64,000 nt of DNA from an uncultured Gammaproteobacteria bacterium (lineage in GTDB: Bacteria > Pseudomonadota > Gammaproteobacteria > UBA9214), in the NCBI GenBank assembly GCA_963748215.1, contig CAVVHS010000007.1:320001-384000 (forward strand), written 5' to 3'. The translations under genes were made by a program, and so were the position numbers. Numbering within the stretch: position 1 is the first letter of the stretch; every line of letters starts with the position of its first letter. Under the pieces are notes generated by a model. It ran no database searches. It had not been told where the DNA came from and saw only the letters and a program-made list of their open reading frames with translations. Shown piece after piece: positions 1 to 8,971 of this stretch.

Positions 1-343
1 GGAGCGGGCCACGGCGCTGGTGGATTTCAAGCGGCTGGACAAGTCGCTGGCGACGCGACTGGTCACCGACATCCCCTATGCCTCGCAGCGCAGCTTCGGG
101 TCGGTTGCGCTGGACTGGTGCTGGCTGGCGGCGGGGCGCAGTCACGTCTACCTGCACGGTCGCTCCAATGTCTGGGATTACGCCGCCGGTGAGTTCATCT
201 TCACGCGCGCCGGCGGCCATGCCTGCACGCTGCAGGGCGAAGCGGTTTTCACCCAGGCGCTCACGCCGCGCTCCTCGGTGGCAGCGGTCGACAAGCCGCT
301 GTTCGACGCCTGGACGACCTGGCTGAAGGTGCCGCTCGGCTGA
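1..343 (+). CDS. Inositol monophosphatase family protein, C-terminal part (5' end outside window)
   Basis: RSFGSVALDWCWLAAGR and WDYAAG motifs typical of IMPase/SuhB C-terminus. Confidence 0.85.
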   Translation, partial: ERATALVDFKRLDKSLATRLVTDIPYASQRSFGSVALDWCWLAAGRSHVYLHGRSNVWDYAAGEFIFTRAGGHACTLQGEAVFTQALTPRSSVAAVDKPLFDAWTTWLKVPLG

Positions 344-552
344 GGCCGGCCGGGCCGGGCTTGGTAAGACAAATATAAATAACAATAGGATAAAGAAATA
401 ACTTCATAGTATTTATAATCCGGGGAAGGCATAGCACCTTTGTCGGATAGACCGCTGCGGGTCTTGTATACGAAAATACTGACGGACCATTGTCAGTTAA
501 ACGAGCGGAGCCGCCCGCACCCGGGCCGGCGCAGAAGCACAATAACAACAAA

Positions 553-2307
553 ATGAATTTCAAAACGGCCCTGCAATCACTCCGGCACTACAAGCTGCCA
601 AGGACGCGTGTCCTCGAGCAGGAGCTCGACAGCGTCAGGGCGGATTACCAGGCCGTGTCCGCCCAGCTGGAACAGGTACGTGGCGAGTTCGAGCGGGCGC
701 ATGACGGCGACACGCAGCAGATTGAGCTGCTGCAATCACAGCTTGGCGATATCGAGTACGACCGCAACGCCGCGCGCCAGCAGGTGCAATCACTGGAGCG
801 TTCGCTGGAAGAGGTGCGCGGGGAATTCGAGCGCGCCCGCAGCAACGACAGCAAGCAGATCGCCGCGCTGCAATCGCAACTGGTGCAGATCGAGTCCGAC
901 CGCAACAGCGCGCGCCAGCAGGCAGCCTTGCTGGACGGGGCGCTCGCGACGGCCACGCAGCGCCAGGAAACGACCGAGCAGCGCCTGCGCGCGCTGGAGG
1001 CGCAGCTCGAGCAGGCGCGCGACCGCCACACGTCCGAGCTTGCGCTGGCCAGGGAATCCCTGGCCAGCCTGCAATCGGAGCAGCAAACCCTGCTCGCCCT
1101 GCAATCCGACATGACGCATAGTTTCGGCGACGCCAGTGCCGTACTGGTGAAATCGGTCCAGGCCATATCATACCCGTCGCTGTGGCAGCTGGTGCTGGTG
1201 GCCTGCCTGTTGTTTATATCCGGGGCACTGGCAACTGCGCTGATCCTGCACGAGACGCGCCAGCCGCAGCTGGATATATCCGGCATCAGCGAGGGCGTCG
1301 ATGAGCTGCAGCTGATGATGCAGGCACATTTCAGGAGTCACGATGAACTGCTCGAGACGCTGAACCGGCTCGTCAGCGGACTGTCGACCGGTACCGCGGT
1401 GCCGCAGGTCACGCCGGTGCCGGAGGTGCTGGATCCCGACGAACAGGTGCAACTGGATGTAATGCCGGGTGACCAGGTGAGGGTGGTGCAGGAGAATCTG
1501 CAGACCCTGGGTTTCGACATTGGCGCGGCCGGTGTCGATGGTGTTCGAGGTGCGCAGACCGGACGTGCGCTGGCCTGGTTCCGCATCCTGTACCTGCCGG
1601 ACAATCCGGATGCCTCGATTCAGGACATCGAAACCAGCCTGCAACGCCATGCGGACCTGGCGAACGCGGACGCGCAGAAGTACCGGCTCGACAGTGCGGT
1701 GATGGCGGCTATACGGCTCGGCAACCTGCGCACCGGCGTTGAGTTTCCCTATCTTATGGAACTGGCCGCGGTGGAGAGCAGCTTCAACCCGCGCGCGCAA
1801 GCGAATTCCACATCCGCCGCCGGTCTGTACCAGTTCAAGGAGGACACCTGGCTGGAGGCGGTCAAACGGCATGGCAGCAGCTACGGAATTGGCCACTATT
1901 CCAAACAGGTCGAATACATCGTGGATGAAGACGGCAGACGGCAGCCGCAAATCTCCGATCCGGAACTGCACCGGAGGGTGCTCGATCTGCGTTTCAATCC
2001 GGGGCTGTCCGCCCTGCTGGCGGCGGAGAAAGTGCGTGACGGAAAGCGCAGGCTGTCCGGCAAGCTGGAGCGTGAACCCGGCCGCGCCGAACTGTACCTG
2101 ACGCACTTCTTCGGCATGACCGGTGCGCTTTCCTTCCTGGAGGCGCTGGCGAAAAATCCGGACCGCATTGCCGGCGAGATCTTTCCGGGGCCGGCACGCC
2201 GCAACCGCAATATCTTCCAGCGCAGTAACCGCACGCTGCGCACCATCTCCGAGGTCTATCGCGTGCTGGAGCGCAAGTTCAATACCGCACGTTTCGAGGA
2301 CAGCTAG
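553..2307 (+). CDS. Coiled-coil/TM/peptidoglycan-binding/lytic transglycosylase (SLT-like) multidomain protein
   Basis: N-terminal Q/E-rich coiled coil, TM (LWQLVLVACLLFISGALATALIL), PG-binding motif (VQENLQTLGF..GVDGVRGAQTGRAL), SLT motifs AAVESSF and SAAGLYQF; ATG 553 chosen as start. Confidence 0.75.
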   Translation: MNFKTALQSLRHYKLPRTRVLEQELDSVRADYQAVSAQLEQVRGEFERAHDGDTQQIELLQSQLGDIEYDRNAARQQVQSLERSLEEVRGEFERARSNDSKQIAALQSQLVQIESDRNSARQQAALLDGALATATQRQETTEQRLRALEAQLEQARDRHTSELALARESLASLQSEQQTLLALQSDMTHSFGDASAVLVKSVQAISYPSLWQLVLVACLLFISGALATALILHETRQPQLDISGISEGVDELQLMMQAHFRSHDELLETLNRLVSGLSTGTAVPQVTPVPEVLDPDEQVQLDVMPGDQVRVVQENLQTLGFDIGAAGVDGVRGAQTGRALAWFRILYLPDNPDASIQDIETSLQRHADLANADAQKYRLDSAVMAAIRLGNLRTGVEFPYLMELAAVESSFNPRAQANSTSAAGLYQFKEDTWLEAVKRHGSSYGIGHYSKQVEYIVDEDGRRQPQISDPELHRRVLDLRFNPGLSALLAAEKVRDGKRRLSGKLEREPGRAELYLTHFFGMTGALSFLEALAKNPDRIAGEIFPGPARRNRNIFQRSNRTLRTISEVYRVLERKFNTARFEDS

Positions 2308-2551
2308 CCCGCATTTCTCACCGGGCGGCTGTTGACCGACATAATGAATTGAAATCATGAAAGTGATGCCAATTCGGTAACAAACCGTGTGACATCGGGC
2401 TGTACCTATCCCGGCCCTGGCTGGTTCTCTCGCACCCGTACTTGCTCTTCATTCAAGTGGTAGCTACGGCTACCACTTTCATTCCAGAGCGGCGTCCGGT
2501 TACGCGAGCCCTGCGCCAGCATCCGGGATCCCGGTGAGAAATGCGGGCTAG
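2304..2551. mobile_element. MITE-like element, family A copy 1 (248 bp)
   Basis: Perfect 22-bp terminal inverted repeats ctagcccgcatttctcaccggg (2304-2325) / cccggtgagaaatgcgggctag (2530-2551); internal similarity to copies at 4381 and 34646. Confidence 0.85.
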
Positions 2552-2840
2552 CCCGGGCAAGGCACGCGTACGGACCATCCCCGTCATTTGCTTGCATGAG
2601 TGCATCGATACGCTGTTGCTGAATATCCCGGGTGCCGTGCCACAGTGCACCGCACGGTTGCCGGGACCATGCCGGCATGCTGGCTTCGTTATCTGGCCGG
2701 GGTTATCCTACCCTGAATTTCCCCGCCGGGTCGGCGGCAGGATCACGATGGAGCCGGGTTCATGGTCAGTATGAGCATCCGTGTCGGGACGATACGTCGC
2801 CGTATTCTGCCTGCGCTGACCGGCAGCAAGGTCTGACCGC

Positions 2841-3590
2841 ATGGCAGGCAGGCAACAGCTGCGTAAACCGGTGATCGACCGCTTCGAAATCCAGCCCGGG
2901 CGGGTGCTGGCACGCAAGTATGAAGTCATCAAGCTGCTCGGACGCGGTTGGGAAGGCGAGGTCTACCTGGTGTGCGAACGACGCACGAATATCGAGCGCG
3001 CCGTCAAGATGTTCTACCCGCAACGCAATCCCGGTGACAAGATCGCGAATTTCTATGCCTGCAAGCTGCACAAGCTGCGCCATTGCCCGATCGCCATCCA
3101 GTATCACACGCACGAGACCATCACCTACCAGCACCATCAGATCACGCTGCTGGTGTCCGATTTCGTGGAAGGGGAACTGCTCTCGGAATTTATCGCGCGC
3201 CAGCCCGGCAAGCGGTTGCCCGCCTACCCGGCGCTGCATCTGCTGCATGCGCTGGCCGCCGGCATCGAGTGTATCCACCAGATGAAGGAATACCACGGCG
3301 ATTTGCACAGCGAGAACATCATGATGCAGCGTTACGGGCTGGGCTTCGACCTGAAGCTGCTGGATTTCTTCCACTGGGGAAAGCCGAAGCCGGAGAATAT
3401 CCGCGACGACGTGGTCGACCTGGTGAAGCTGCTGCACGAGGCGATCGGCGGCCAGCGTCATTACAGCAAGCAACCGCCCGAGCTCAAGGCGATCGTGTGT
3501 GGCCTGAAACGCAGTCTGATCCTGAAGAAATTCCGCACTGCGGGCCAACTGCGAGAATACCTTGAGAGCATGCAGTGGAGCCGGGGCTGA
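2841..3590 (+). CDS. Short Hanks-type Ser/Thr protein kinase
   Basis: LGRGWEGEVY Gly-loop, AVK, YHGDLHSENI catalytic loop, LLDFF at DFG position. Confidence 0.8.
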   Translation: MAGRQQLRKPVIDRFEIQPGRVLARKYEVIKLLGRGWEGEVYLVCERRTNIERAVKMFYPQRNPGDKIANFYACKLHKLRHCPIAIQYHTHETITYQHHQITLLVSDFVEGELLSEFIARQPGKRLPAYPALHLLHALAAGIECIHQMKEYHGDLHSENIMMQRYGLGFDLKLLDFFHWGKPKPENIRDDVVDLVKLLHEAIGGQRHYSKQPPELKAIVCGLKRSLILKKFRTAGQLREYLESMQWSRG

Positions 3591-4384
3591 TGGCACCACG
3601 TTTGCTGCTCGGACAGGACATGGCGGCGCCGCTGATCGTGCCGCTGGCGGATGGCCTGGCCTGTGTTTTTACCGAACGCCGGCCGGGACGCGAGAGCGAC
3701 AACGAGGACGCCGTGGCGCTGATCCCCGGTGATGCCGACAGTGCCGTGGTCGCCGTGGCTGACGGCCTGGGCGGCCTGCCGTCCGGCAACCTGGCCGCAG
3801 CACTCGCCTTGCAGCAACTGAGCGACTGCGTGGCCGGGAAGTCCGGGGATGCCCAGCGCGAGGCAGTGCTGACCGGCATCGAGGCCGCCAACGCCGCCGT
3901 ACTGGCGAACGGGCAGGGCGGCGGGACGACCCTGGCCGTGGTAAGTGTCTACAATGACACGGTGCGCGCCTACCACGCGGGTGATTCCATGATCGTGGTG
4001 TGCGGACAGCGCGGCAAGCTCAAGTACCAATCGGTGCCGCATTCGCCGGTCGGTTACGCCGAGGCGTCCGGGATGATGAACGAGGACGAGGCCATGTTCC
4101 ACGCCGAGCGACACCTGGTGTCCAACATGGTCGGGATGACCGACATGCGCCTCGAGGTCGGTCCGCTGGTGAAGCTGGCCCGCTACGACACCGTGGTGCT
4201 TGGCAGCGACGGTCTGTTCGACAACCTGTACGTCAGCGAGATCATCGACCTGGTGCGTGCCGGGCCACTGGAAAAGGTGGCGCAGCGCCTGCTGGCCACG
4301 TGCCGTGAACGCATGCAGATGGTTGACGACGAACGTCCGCACAAGCCGGACGACCTGGCCTTCGTCCTGTTCCGCCGCAGCTAG
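3590..4384 (+). CDS. PP2C/PPM-family protein phosphatase
   Basis: NEDA, VADGLGG, AGDS, SDGLFD and DD motifs; TGATG overlap with kinase stop. Confidence 0.85.
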   Translation: MAPRLLLGQDMAAPLIVPLADGLACVFTERRPGRESDNEDAVALIPGDADSAVVAVADGLGGLPSGNLAAALALQQLSDCVAGKSGDAQREAVLTGIEAANAAVLANGQGGGTTLAVVSVYNDTVRAYHAGDSMIVVCGQRGKLKYQSVPHSPVGYAEASGMMNEDEAMFHAERHLVSNMVGMTDMRLEVGPLVKLARYDTVVLGSDGLFDNLYVSEIIDLVRAGPLEKVAQRLLATCRERMQMVDDERPHKPDDLAFVLFRRS

Positions 4385-4629
4385 CCCGCATTTCTCACCG
4401 GGCGGCTGTTATCCGACATCGATGAGCTGAAACCATGAAGCTAATACCCATTCGTCAATAACAGCGTGTCTGTGGCCGGTGCCTATCCCGGCCCTGGCTG
4501 GTTCTCGTACGCCCGTACTTGCGATGTACAGGGAAGTACAGTGGTCGCTCTCGCACATGGCCCAGGCCAGTCTCTCGACCGCTACGCGGTCTCACCTTCT
4601 CCTGGATCCCGGTGAGAAATGCGGGCTAG
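4381..4629. mobile_element. MITE-like element, family A copy 2 (249 bp)
   Basis: Same perfect 22-bp TIRs (4381-4402 / 4608-4629); shared internal block cctatcccggccctggctggttctc. Confidence 0.85.
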
Positions 4630-5462
4630 GGCAGCAGTTCCAGCGCCTCGCGAATCGTTTCTTTGCGGTCCGAGCCGGTCCGGTATACGGCGAACACCGG
4701 ACGCTCGATCTGCGGCGCGTCCTTGACCCGGTAGAGCCGCCGGCTGCCGTGCGCGGTCGACAGCATTTGTTCGGGCAGGTAAGCGGCACCCTCGCTGTGG
4801 TCGAGGTGGCGCCGCGCCAGAGTCCCCAGGTTCATATGCAGTGCCGGCGCCGGCAGGTCCGGAAACAGCCGCGCATGGTTGCGCGCGAAGGCCGTGCCCC
4901 AGTCGACCAGGATGTAGCCGGAACGGCAGGCCTCGTCCACCTTCAGGCCACGACGCGTGGCCGCCAGCACCAGGTTGATGACGCCCAGCTCGCGGATATC
5001 CAGTTCCGGCGCCTGCGGTGGCTCGAACAGCACGGCGAGGTCGATCACGCTGTCGAGCAGTTTGCGGATCAGCAGGTCCGCTGTACCCGTTTCCACCTGC
5101 AGCGCCGTTTCGGGCATCCGGGTGCGCAGGCGCGGGAGCCAGTCTCCCAGCAGGGTTTGCCACAGGTCCAGCATGGCGCCGATGACCAGGCCGCGGGTGA
5201 ATTCCGCTCCCAGGCCGGTCTCATGGCGCGCGCGGGCCCATACCTGGACGATGGTTTCGGCATGCTTGTGCAGCTGCCGGCCTTCCTGGGTGAGCTGGAT
5301 GTTATTACGGCTGCGAGTGAACAGTGGCATGCCGATGGTCTCTTCCAGCTGCCGAACGCGGGCGCTGACCGCGGATTGTGTAACACACAATTCGCTGGCG
5401 GCCTTGCCGAAGTGGCGATTACGCGCGACTTCCAGAAACGTGCGCAGCAGTTCGATGTCCAT
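4626..5462 (-). CDS. LysR-family transcriptional regulator (HdfR-like)
   Basis: MDIELLRTFLEVARNRHFGKAASELCVTQSAVSARVRQLE HTH closely resembles HdfR N-terminus. Confidence 0.9.
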   Translation of the reverse strand: MDIELLRTFLEVARNRHFGKAASELCVTQSAVSARVRQLEETIGMPLFTRSRNNIQLTQEGRQLHKHAETIVQVWARARHETGLGAEFTRGLVIGAMLDLWQTLLGDWLPRLRTRMPETALQVETGTADLLIRKLLDSVIDLAVLFEPPQAPELDIRELGVINLVLAATRRGLKVDEACRSGYILVDWGTAFARNHARLFPDLPAPALHMNLGTLARRHLDHSEGAAYLPEQMLSTAHGSRRLYRVKDAPQIERPVFAVYRTGSDRKETIREALELLP

Positions 5463-5469
5463 ATTGTGT

Positions 5470-5484
5470 TATCGATAAACGATA
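5470..5484. promoter_or_regulatory. Possible LysR autoregulatory box
   Basis: Dyad TATCG-N5-CGATA containing T-N11-A, just upstream of LysR start in a divergent intergenic region. Confidence 0.35.
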
Positions 5485-5688
5485 TTGATCGTGATGGCAA
5501 CAAATATTCGTTTGCCGCCTGCGTCCATGCACCCTATAAGCCTGTACTTATGATTATCCTGAATCGTACCTGCACCCGGTCCCTGCCGCACCTGCCGGGC
5601 CGTCAGCCGGATGGGCGATGGCCATGCCGTGATCATGGCCGGTGCGTTATACACCCGAAAGCGTCCCGTTTGTCTGGAGAAATACACC

Positions 5689-6009
5689 ATGAAACATGAA
5701 CCTTGCACCACGCGGGTGCTGCGCTGCCTTCTGGCGGCCGTGCTGCTGACCGGCGCTGCCTCGTTGCCGGCCGACCCGGCGGCGGAGTGTCGACAGGAGG
5801 CGCAGGACTATGCCGTTCCTCCGGAACAGGAGGCGGATTACATCGATGGCTGCATACTGTCGCGCGGCGGTTCACTGGCGCCCGCCGCTGCTGAGGAAAA
5901 TGTGCCGGTGGATGAATCCGGAGCCGTTCCGCCGATGGAAACCGATGAGATGATTGACGCAGGGCAGCCGGACGGAGCGCTGCCGGGAGATATCAATGGC
6001 TCGTACTAA
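5689..6009 (+). CDS. Small exported hypothetical protein
   Basis: GGAGA SD, signal-peptide-like N-terminus, two Cys, acidic tail. Confidence 0.6.
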   Translation: MKHEPCTTRVLRCLLAAVLLTGAASLPADPAAECRQEAQDYAVPPEQEADYIDGCILSRGGSLAPAAAEENVPVDESGAVPPMETDEMIDAGQPDGALPGDINGSY

Positions 6010-6313
6010 ATCAAATGCCCGGGCTGCCGTTGCGCCGGGTCGCAAGAGGTCCGCTGGCAAGGCGCGCGGTGTTGCGAGGACCGCCGACAAGGCGCGCAAG
6101 AATACCGACCAGAATGCCGCACAGGCCGACTGGGAAGATGTCGTGGAGGAGCTGGACGTGATTCCGGATATCGACGGCCTGCTCGACAAGCCCGCGGCCA
6201 ATCGCAGCAGTGAAAACGAAGCACGCCGGCGCATCGAGCGGCTGCGCGAGGAGCGCCTGTTACAGCAGGCACTCTGCGAAGTGTTCGATTTCCAGGACGA
6301 TCGCGCTTCCTGA
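5996..6313 (+). CDS. Small hypothetical protein (basic N-terminus; PA3496/DUF3545-like C-terminus)
   Basis: GGGAGA SD; ARRRIERLREERLL motif. Confidence 0.6.
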   Translation: MARTKSNARAAVAPGRKRSAGKARGVARTADKARKNTDQNAAQADWEDVVEELDVIPDIDGLLDKPAANRSSENEARRRIERLREERLLQQALCEVFDFQDDRAS

Positions 6314-6447
6314 TATTCCACCGGGCAGGGTGCGATGCAGCGCCCGGATCGCCGCCCGGCCGCGGGACAAGCCCGGCAGCAACAACTTTCCATCCGGGTT
6401 ATGGTCAAACCCTAACCGAATCCATTGCCCCGGTAGGAGCGAAGTCC

Positions 6448-7194
6448 ATGAAGGATGCAAGCCATTACGGCATGCTGCTGGCCTGCGGGGTATTGATGCT
6501 GCTGACGGCCGGCCGGCTCTGTGCCGGGTCCGATGACGGCAGCTACCGTGAAACCCGCGACGCCTGGCAGGCGGAACAGGCGGCCAAAACGGCGCAGGCG
6601 CCATACTCGGAAAGCGAGCGACAGGTCATGCAGCGGGCTGCGCAGGATCTGGCCCGCTCGTTGCCCGATCCCGGTATCAAGCCGGGCGAGCAGGCCCCCG
6701 ATTTCACACTCGGCAATGCCTACGGCAAGCCGGTGCGGCTGGCGGACCGGTTGCGGGAAGGGCCGGTGGTGCTGGTGTTCTACCGCGGTGCCTGGTGTCC
6801 GTTCTGCAACCTGTATCTGCGCACGTTGTACGAGCAGCTTACCGCCATCGAGGCGCATGGCGCGCAGCTGCTGCTGGTGACGCCGCAGCTACCGGACAGG
6901 TCCAGGAAACAAATGGAGGAAGGCCGCTACCGCTTTGAAGTGCTGAGCGACCTGGACGGCGCGGTGATGAAGGCCTACCGGCTGTACTTCGAGCTGGACC
7001 CGGAACTCGTCCGGATCTACGCCGCTCACGGCCTGGTGGTGGAGGACTTCAACGGTCCGGGGCGCAATGTCCTGCCGGTTCCCGGTACGTTTGTCATCGA
7101 TCGCGACGGGATCGTGCGTGCCATGCACGCGGATACCGACTACAAGGAGCGCATGGAACCGGCGGATATCCTCCGCGCGCTGGATGCCCTGTAA
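6448..7194 (+). CDS. Peroxiredoxin-like AhpC/TSA family protein, exported
   Basis: APDFTL, FYRGAWCPFC, PVPGTFVIDRDG; N-terminal hydrophobic segment. Confidence 0.85.
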   Translation: MKDASHYGMLLACGVLMLLTAGRLCAGSDDGSYRETRDAWQAEQAAKTAQAPYSESERQVMQRAAQDLARSLPDPGIKPGEQAPDFTLGNAYGKPVRLADRLREGPVVLVFYRGAWCPFCNLYLRTLYEQLTAIEAHGAQLLLVTPQLPDRSRKQMEEGRYRFEVLSDLDGAVMKAYRLYFELDPELVRIYAAHGLVVEDFNGPGRNVLPVPGTFVIDRDGIVRAMHADTDYKERMEPADILRALDAL

Positions 7195-7197
7195 GGT

Positions 7198-7422
7198 TCA
7201 GTCGAGGTCGGGGCCGAGGATGAAATCCACGCTGCTGAAGCCGTTGTCCTCGAGCAGCGCCTCGATGTCGGCCCAGTCGTAGTCCGGATCGTTTTCCTCG
7301 ACGGTGGCGATCAGGGCGGTGACGTGGCGATACGCCTCGTGCGACTCGAAATCGGCGGGTACGCGCACCAGCCGGATATTTTTCGGGTCGCGGGCGGACA
7401 GGATCATCAACGAGTCATTCAT
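7198..7422 (-). CDS. Small acidic hypothetical protein
   Basis: 74-aa ORF co-oriented downstream of gltA, host-like codon usage. Confidence 0.65.
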   Translation of the reverse strand: MNDSLMILSARDPKNIRLVRVPADFESHEAYRHVTALIATVEENDPDYDWADIEALLEDNGFSSVDFILGPDLD

Positions 7423-7457
7423 GGTATTTCCCCGGGAACGGTGACACGGCATCCGAC

Positions 7458-8750
7458 TCAGATGCGGTTTTCCATCGGCACATATCCGGACAGCGTGTTA
7501 CCGGTATACACCTGGCGCGGCCGCGCGATACGCATTTTCGGGTCGCTGTTCTGCTCGTGCCAGTGCGCGACCCAGCCGGGCAGGCGGCCGATTGCGAACA
7601 GCACGGTGAACATGTTGGTCGGTATGCCGATGGCACGCAGGATGATGCCGCTGTAGAAATCGACATTGGGATACAGCTTGCGTTCCAGGAAGTAATCGTC
7701 GTTGAGCGCGATGTCTTCCAGGTTGCGCGCGATCTCCAGCAACGGATCGCTCACGCCGAGCTTGTTGAACAGCTGCTCGCTGACCTTGCGCAGCATGGTG
7801 GCGCGCGGATCGAAATTCTTGTAGATCCGGTGGCCGAAGCCCATCAGCCTCACGTCGCTCGACTTGTCCTTGGCGGCCGCGATGTATTCCGCGGCTGACT
7901 GCTTGCCGTGGTGTATGGATTCCAGCATCTCGATGACTTTCACGTTGGCGCCACCGTGCAGCGGACCCCACAGCGCGGACACGCCGGCGGCGCAGGATGC
8001 AAACAGGTTGGCGCGGCTCGAGCCGACCATGCGCACGGTCGAGGTGCTGCAATTCTGCTCGTGGTCGGCGTGCAGGATCAGTAACAGGTTCAGTGCGCTG
8101 CGCACTTCCGGTTCGGACATGTATTCCCTGTAGGGCTCCGAAAACATCATGTGCAGGAAGTTGGTGACGTAGGGCAGTTTCGGATCCGGGTAGATGTACG
8201 GCTTGCCGTGCGAGCGGCGATAGGTATAGGCGGCCAGCGTACGTATCTTGCTGATCAGTCGCGCGACGGCCTGCTCGAACTGGTCCGGTGTATGCAGGTC
8301 CAGCAGCTGCGGGTGGAAACACGACAGCGTGGAGATCATCGCCGACAGGATCGCCATCGGTGGCGCCGAGCGCGGGAAACCGGCGAAATGGTGCTTCATG
8401 TCCTCGTCGAGGTTGGCATTCTCGGTGAGCTGCCGGCTGAAACGCTCGTACTCGGACTGGTTCGGCAGGTGGCCGAAGATCAGCAGCCAGGCGACCTCGA
8501 CGAAATTCGGGTGTTCGGCGAATGCCTCCAGCGGGATGCCACGGTAGCGCAGGATACCCTTGTCACCGTCGATGAAGGTGATGTCGCTGGTGCAACTGGC
8601 GGTATTGCCGAAAGCCGGGTCATAGGCAGTGAGTCCGGCAGTGTTGCGCAGGCTGGTAATGTCGATGGCGCGATCGCCCTCGCTGCCTGTGATGACGGGC
8701 AGTTCATATGTCTTGCCTTCGAAGATCAGTTCGACCTTGTTACTGGACAT
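7458..8750 (-). CDS. gltA: Citrate synthase (type II)
   Basis: HADHEQNCST, GPLHGGAN, GFGHR, YPNVDFYSG, RPRQ motifs. Confidence 0.97.
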   Translation of the reverse strand: MSSNKVELIFEGKTYELPVITGSEGDRAIDITSLRNTAGLTAYDPAFGNTASCTSDITFIDGDKGILRYRGIPLEAFAEHPNFVEVAWLLIFGHLPNQSEYERFSRQLTENANLDEDMKHHFAGFPRSAPPMAILSAMISTLSCFHPQLLDLHTPDQFEQAVARLISKIRTLAAYTYRRSHGKPYIYPDPKLPYVTNFLHMMFSEPYREYMSEPEVRSALNLLLILHADHEQNCSTSTVRMVGSSRANLFASCAAGVSALWGPLHGGANVKVIEMLESIHHGKQSAAEYIAAAKDKSSDVRLMGFGHRIYKNFDPRATMLRKVSEQLFNKLGVSDPLLEIARNLEDIALNDDYFLERKLYPNVDFYSGIILRAIGIPTNMFTVLFAIGRLPGWVAHWHEQNSDPKMRIARPRQVYTGNTLSGYVPMENRI

Positions 8751-8971
8751 GTGTTTCTCCGCTTGTTTCTATTCGGTGACAGCGATGCTGCAGGCTGTTC
8801 TGGTCGATGACCATACCCTTTTCCGGACTTGCAGGGAAGCTACGCGGACCGTCCCCGGGTGTTGACATTGTGCTGCAAACGCGGCTGTATTGGTACGCTC
8901 AGGCGTTGCGCCAATGCCGTTTTTCAGCGATCGAGCGGCGGTCCCGGGCAGGAATCCGTGCCGGCCAGCCG

